Positions 31,002-35,383 of a stretch of 35,383 nucleotides of DNA are shown here, piece after piece (the first letter of the stretch is position 1; each line of letters opens with the position of its first letter). The notes beneath the pieces are model-generated. The model saw nothing but the letters and a program-made list of their open reading frames with translations, ran no database searches and was not told the DNA's origin. Made by a program: the position numbers and the translations under genes. Source of the DNA: Monoglobales bacterium (GTDB taxonomy: Bacteria > Bacillota > Clostridia > RUG12999); contig JBAYOS010000001.1 in assembly GCA_041678125.1 (NCBI GenBank), positions 1 through 35,383 on the forward strand. Reading direction: 5' to 3'.

Positions 31002-32591
31002 ATGAGTATTATCGTCAGTGATGTTTCTTATCACTATTTCAATCAACATACACTATTCGAGTCTGTAAGTTTTTCTGTTTCACGTGGCGGGAAAGTATCT
31101 CTTATTGGCAATAACGGAGTAGGAAAATCAACCCTACTAAAGTTGTTGGCAGGAGAACTTATGCCTTCTTTCGGTAATATCCGAACAGAATCCAAGCCTT
31201 ACTATGTTCCCCAGCAGATAAACATCAAAGAGCAGACTATTGCCGAAGCTCTCGGAGTATCAGAAAAACTAAATGCTCTCAACGCAATTTTTGGAGGAGC
31301 TTCTGAACAGGTTTACTATGACACTCTAAACGATGATTGGGAGGTAGAAAACAGATGTCGTCAAGCTTTAGAATACTGGGGATTAGAAGGCATCGAACTT
31401 GATTCATCTATCTCATTATTAAGCGGAGGAGAAAAAACGAAAGTTCTATTGGCGGGATTGGCTCTGCATAAGCCGGAGATTGTTTTACTCGATGAACCAA
31501 CCAACCATCTTGACCTGTCTGCTCGGAAAATATTATATGAATACATCCAGAACACAAAAACTACAGTTGTAGTTGTCAGTCATGATGTTAGCCTGTTAAA
31601 TCTTTTAGATACAACATACGAGTTGTCTCCAAAAGGAATTAGGCTATATGGAGGGAATTATGATTTTTACAGAGAACAAAAAGAGATAGAAGATCGGTCT
31701 TTAGAACAGCAAATTGATGCAGAACAAACTGCCCTTCGGGTAGCTCGAAAAAAAGCACAGGAAGTTCGAGAACGACAAGAAAAACGTACCTCGCAAGGTG
31801 AACGAAGCAAACAAAAAGGTGGTATTGCTCGAATCGTTATGAATGCTCGTGGTAATTTAGCAGAAAACAGTTCTGCCAAATTGAGAGAAAAGCATTCAAA
31901 TATTATTGACAATACCAGACAACGCCTATCTGCATTACGGGATCGCCAGCTACAAAACACAGAATTGAAAATAGATTTTGAGGACACGAAACTACATAAC
32001 GGGAAAATTCTAATCTCTGCCCACGAACTCAATTTCGGATATGTGAAAGATAAATTTCTTTGGCAATCTCCTATCGATATTGAAATAAGGAGTGGTGATC
32101 GAATTCACATTCGAGGGAATAACGGCTGTGGTAAAACAACTTTTCTGAAATTATTGCTTGGAGAATTATCTCCAATACAAGGCAAAGTTATCAGATCTGA
32201 TTTTTCGTATGTCTATCTCGATCAAGAATATGAGCAGGTAAACCAACCTCTCACTGTATTGGAATTAGCAGAGCAGTATAATAAAGACAATTTGGCAGAC
32301 TATGAAATTAAAATCCGATTAAACCGAGCTTTATTTCCACTGGAATCGTGGAATAAAAATTGTCAAACGTTAAGCGGAGGCGAACGTATGCGGCTTTATC
32401 TCTGTTGTTTAATGATATCAAATCACATTCCTGACATTTTTGTTTTAGATGAGCCTACAAATAATCTTGATTTATCAAGCTTGTCGATTTTGATGGAAAC
32501 AATCAAGAATTATCGGGGAACAGTCTTGATTATTTCACACGATGAATATTTCATCAACGAAATAGGAGTAACAAATAGTATTCAACTATAA
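31002..32591 (+). CDS. ABC-F family ATPase: two NBDs, no transmembrane domain, and a long inter-domain linker. Candidate antibiotic-resistance (ARE) ribosomal protection protein.
   Basis: NBD1 has GNNGVGKST, LSGGEKTKV and LLDEPTNHLD. NBD2 has GNNGCGKTT, LSGGERMRL and VLDEPTNNLD. The charged linker between them is about 100 aa. Confidence 0.8.
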   Translation: MSIIVSDVSYHYFNQHTLFESVSFSVSRGGKVSLIGNNGVGKSTLLKLLAGELMPSFGNIRTESKPYYVPQQINIKEQTIAEALGVSEKLNALNAIFGGASEQVYYDTLNDDWEVENRCRQALEYWGLEGIELDSSISLLSGGEKTKVLLAGLALHKPEIVLLDEPTNHLDLSARKILYEYIQNTKTTVVVVSHDVSLLNLLDTTYELSPKGIRLYGGNYDFYREQKEIEDRSLEQQIDAEQTALRVARKKAQEVRERQEKRTSQGERSKQKGGIARIVMNARGNLAENSSAKLREKHSNIIDNTRQRLSALRDRQLQNTELKIDFEDTKLHNGKILISAHELNFGYVKDKFLWQSPIDIEIRSGDRIHIRGNNGCGKTTFLKLLLGELSPIQGKVIRSDFSYVYLDQEYEQVNQPLTVLELAEQYNKDNLADYEIKIRLNRALFPLESWNKNCQTLSGGERMRLYLCCLMISNHIPDIFVLDEPTNNLDLSSLSILMETIKNYRGTVLIISHDEYFINEIGVTNSIQL

Positions 32592-32790
32592 TTAAATTGA
32601 AAGGATCATGGGTATAAACGTAGATTTAGATTCGATTATCTATCACTAATTACTTTTAAGATAGAGATTTACAGGGTGTGTTTGACAAGGGTTTATCATT
32701 CTTGTTCTAAATACTCTATGCCTTTTTTAAGTTATTAGTCTGTAAAATCAACAATTTACAGAGATAGTCTTATCATTAAAAACTACTGAA

Positions 32791-33636
32791 ATGATTAGAA
32801 AAATAGAAAATATATCAAAACAGATAGAAGATCAGATACAAATAAAGGAACTGGAAGTATCCAATATAATACGTGATGTACCTCCTATAATTCTGATATT
32901 AGAGAGAGGATTCGTGGAAATGAAGTCTTTAGTTTTAAGTGAAAACTTCAAAACTAATTCTGATGAAATCCATTTTTTCAAAGAAACAAAACCAAAGTTA
33001 TTCTCCAAATTAATTTACTACAAAAAGATACACAATATCGAATTAAACAAGCCTGTATGTGGTTTTGATACAATCAAAGAATATTTGGAAAAGGAACAAG
33101 AGAACATTAACTTCTTTTACCACAAAAACAATGATTTTATTCAATACTACCGACTTGGGAAAACAATTTTGGATGAATATTACTTTGTAAGGAATCGGCG
33201 GGAAATGGGTTTAAATTTGGAATCTTTTTATTTTGAAAGAGATCCCAATTTTTCCACTAATTACGATTTCAAAGTCGCTAAACTTCTTGCGAATGATATG
33301 TTGGCAGCCTATCTGGAATCAGAGTTGACAAGATTGAAACAAAGAGAAGAACTCTTTGACAAAAATTCGCTTACTAACACCAAACATACTTGGACAGACA
33401 CAAAATCTGCTCTGGTTGAATTAATTTATGCTGTTCATGCCGAACAGAGTGTCAATTCCGGGAATATTGACTTGAAAGTTTTAGCCTTAGTATTTGAAAA
33501 AATATTCAATATTGAATTAGGCGATATTTACCGGATATTTCTGGAGATTAGAGGACGAAAAGGAGAAAGAACGACTTATTTAAACCGTTTGGTAGTTGCT
33601 CTTAATAAACGAATGAATGATGCAGATAGCAGGTGA
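32791..33636 (+). CDS. rteC: RteC-family regulator (second, divergent copy)
   Basis: HFFKETKPKLFSKLIYYKK, FIQYYR and DEYYFVRNR are colinear with the copy at 6286..7125. Confidence 0.8.
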   Translation: MIRKIENISKQIEDQIQIKELEVSNIIRDVPPIILILERGFVEMKSLVLSENFKTNSDEIHFFKETKPKLFSKLIYYKKIHNIELNKPVCGFDTIKEYLEKEQENINFFYHKNNDFIQYYRLGKTILDEYYFVRNRREMGLNLESFYFERDPNFSTNYDFKVAKLLANDMLAAYLESELTRLKQREELFDKNSLTNTKHTWTDTKSALVELIYAVHAEQSVNSGNIDLKVLALVFEKIFNIELGDIYRIFLEIRGRKGERTTYLNRLVVALNKRMNDADSR

Positions 33637-33709
33637 TTTCAAGTTGAGTGAATTAAATAAAATAAGAAACACGCAGAATATATAATTTCTGCTTATTAAT
33701 AATCTGAAT

Positions 33710-34519
33710 ATGAAACAATTATATTTAATTAACGAATTTAAGAAAAAATCTATTGAGGACTGTACTATTTCTGCTGTCTTAATGTATGGTTCTTTTATAA
33801 AAGGAGAAGGCGATAAGTTTTCGGATATTGAATTTTATATTTTTCTTCGAGATGATTGCCATATAGATAAATACAAGTGGATATCTTCTGTTAATCCAAT
33901 AGCGTTGATGTTTGTAAATGAATTTGGTACAGATGTAGTTATATTTGATAATCTCATTAGAGGAGAATTTCATTTTTTGCCATTAAAAGAGATTTCAATA
34001 ATCAAAAGTTGGCAAGGACACACTTCATTTGAGTTTAAAGAGAAGATGAATTTAGTAGATAAGGACGGTTTACTTACAGATGTATTAAATGACATTGAGC
34101 CTCCTTATGAACCAATTCGTAATACTCCAGCTCAAATTGAGTGGCTTGCTGATTCATTAATAAACAATTTACTTTTTGCATCCAATCTTTTCCAAAGGGG
34201 AGAATATGCACATCTACATAATATCTTTCAATATATTCAAAAACACACATTGTGGTTGATAAGGATATATGAACAATCAGAAAAACATTGGGAGAGTCCA
34301 ACAAAAAAACTGGAAGTCGATATTTCTTCTTATTGGTACAATAAATATCAGACCATTGTTCCTATAATCACAAGAAAAAGTCTAAACAAAGCTCTCTTAA
34401 ATGCTTTTGTCCTATCTAAAGATATATTCAAGAAAACAAATGTGTCATCCTCTAAATTAGAACTTATTTACAGAATAGAAAACACGTTTGAAATAAACCA
34501 CAGAAATGAAGAAACCTAA
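33710..34519 (+). CDS. Nucleotidyltransferase of the LnuB/LinB-like lincosamide nucleotidyltransferase type
   Basis: The Pol-beta-type NTase motif is MYGSFIKGEGDKFSDIEFYIFL. The blocks FGTDVVIFDNLIRGEFHFL and RGEYAH resemble LnuB as I recall it. The length of 269 aa also fits. Confidence 0.7.
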   Translation: MKQLYLINEFKKKSIEDCTISAVLMYGSFIKGEGDKFSDIEFYIFLRDDCHIDKYKWISSVNPIALMFVNEFGTDVVIFDNLIRGEFHFLPLKEISIIKSWQGHTSFEFKEKMNLVDKDGLLTDVLNDIEPPYEPIRNTPAQIEWLADSLINNLLFASNLFQRGEYAHLHNIFQYIQKHTLWLIRIYEQSEKHWESPTKKLEVDISSYWYNKYQTIVPIITRKSLNKALLNAFVLSKDIFKKTNVSSSKLELIYRIENTFEINHRNEET

Positions 34520-34571
34520 TAATTGACAATTATTGATATTTCATCCTGCTGATAAATAGTAGCAGAGATAA

Positions 34572-34613
34572 AACAGATAAACCCAAGTTGTACCCAGCTT
34601 GGGTTTATCTGTT
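34572..34613. repeat. 16-bp perfect inverted repeat aacagataaacccaag / cttgggtttatctgtt with a 10-nt spacer
   Basis: Arms at 34572-87 and 34598-613. A third arm copy, cttgggtttatcttgt, lies at 34741-56. Confidence 0.8.
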
Positions 34614-34740
34614 AAACTACGCTCAGAACATCGTTCCAATTTTCATCAAAATTAGACCTTTTATAGCTTGTAAAACACCCCATAAACACATTTCATTCAT
34701 AACCAACAACATATAGGCTATTTAAAAAAAACTCACCCAA

Positions 34741-34756
34741 CTTGGGTTTATCTTGT
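34741..34756. promoter_or_regulatory. Third copy of the CTTGGGTTTATCT(T)GT motif, about 25 bp upstream of a -7-like box (gAccTTTG, 34780-87) for the HTH/primase genes
   Basis: Read directly. The extended match is acccaRcttgggtttatct. Confidence 0.45.
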
Positions 34757-34810
34757 GAAATCAGCATTTTATTCTTTCTGACCTTTGCAACAAATCAATA
34801 AGTTACAATT

Positions 34811-35170
34811 ATGGATGTCATAACAGTTGAATCAAAAGCCTTTAAGGAATTGGAGGCTAAGATTAATGCTATTGCAGATTATGTTCTTAATAAGCAAGAA
34901 GCGGATAATATAAATGAAGATGAAATCTGGGTGGATAGTTATGAGGTCTGTACATTCTTAAAAATCAGCGACAAAACATTGCAAAGACTTCGGGTATCAG
35001 GAACAATTGCTTATTCTAATATTCGAGGACGCTATTTTTATAAAATCGGCGAGATAAAACGAATGCTGGAAGAAAGGCTGATTAAAAGTAATTCGGAATG
35101 TCTAAATGACTTGGTAACAAATCACAGGCTATATGTTAAGGAAAGAAGAAATCTTAGAAAGAACAAATAA
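34811..35170 (+). CDS. Excisionase/MerR-type helix-turn-helix protein
   Basis: WVDSYEVCTFLKISDKTLQRLRVSGTIAYSNIRGRYFYKIGEIKRMLEE is an HTH_17-type motif. Confidence 0.7.
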   Translation: MDVITVESKAFKELEAKINAIADYVLNKQEADNINEDEIWVDSYEVCTFLKISDKTLQRLRVSGTIAYSNIRGRYFYKIGEIKRMLEERLIKSNSECLNDLVTNHRLYVKERRNLRKNK

Positions 35171-35383
35171 CGGGTTGAATGTTTTCAAGCATTATATCAC
35201 CTGTCAATGGCGTGTCGGGCGTAATTTCTTTAATCCTTTATATGAAGACAAAAAGGCTTCATGTAATATATATTTCGACCGGAAAAACGGAGTATACAAC
35301 CTGAAAGATTTCGGAAATGATGAGTACAGCGGGGATTGTTTCTACTTTGTCGGTAAACTGAAAGGATTAAACTGCAACAATAC
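35133..35383 (+). CDS. N-terminus of a CTn/NBU-type DNA primase (toprim-family protein), truncated by the window edge
   Basis: Hand translation gives MLRKEEILERTNNGLNVFKHYITCQWRVGRNFFNPLYEDKKASCNIYFDRKNGVYNLKDFGNDEYSGDCFYFVGKL.., the block typical of Bacteroides mobilizable-element primases. It overlaps the HTH gene by 38 nt in another frame and is absent from the ORF track because no stop lies in the window. Confidence 0.65.
   Translation, partial: MLRKEEILERTNNGLNVFKHYITCQWRVGRNFFNPLYEDKKASCNIYFDRKNGVYNLKDFGNDEYSGDCFYFVGKLKGLNCNN

Larger units (their letters stand above)
28150..35383. mobile_element. Integrase end of an NBU/CTn-like integrative (mobilizable) element carrying resistance-type cargo. 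The right end lies outside the window and the left junction is not defined.
   Basis: It contains a tyrosine integrase, RteC, an excisionase-type HTH and a primase N-terminus, plus cargo (ABC-F, Lnu-like, reductase-family). The cargo looks visibly more AT-rich than the PUL; this was judged by eye and not computed. Confidence 0.55.

Overview
A Bacteroidales-type window. Supporting signs are SusC/SusD genes, TAnnTTTG -7 promoter boxes, RteC genes, an IntDOT/NBU-like tyrosine integrase and a T9SS C-terminal sorting domain. There are three blocks. (1) 1-7.3 kb, all minus strand, is an integrated-element module. It holds a large type IIG restriction-modification gene truncated by the window edge (absent from the ORF track; I translated it by hand). 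It also holds a P-loop ATPase, a DnaD-like putative replication protein, an excisionase-type HTH, a GH108 muramidase and RteC. Its intergenic regions are full of short phased repeats. (2) 7.6-27.7 kb, all minus strand, is a polysaccharide utilization locus under ECF sigma / FecR anti-sigma control. It encodes an STN-domain SusC, SusD, a DUF1735/discoidin-like surface lipoprotein, two paralogous lipoproteins I cannot place in any family, an alpha/beta esterase, a GH2 beta-galactosidase, GH97, and a T9SS-sorted protein with an internally duplicated module. (3) 28.1-35.4 kb is the integrase end of an NBU/CTn-like element. It carries an RibD_C-type dihydrofolate-reductase-family gene, an ABC-F ATPase, a second RteC, an LnuB-like nucleotidyltransferase, an HTH and a primase N-terminus truncated by the edge. 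The best candidates for something undescribed are: (a) the paralogous unknown lipoproteins plus esterase at the PUL core; (b) a ~200-bp repeat family (3 copies) whose two hairpins keep pairing through compensatory substitutions; (c) an ABC-F/RteC/Lnu arrangement with a leader peptide and alternative hairpins, which suggests an antibiotic-sensing circuit rewired from the tetQ-rteA-rteB-rteC paradigm; (d) a ~120-nt nested hairpin plus terminator-like stem upstream of the reductase-family gene. No tRNA, rRNA or CRISPR array was seen. All family calls come from motif recognition by eye; no BLAST or HMM search was possible.
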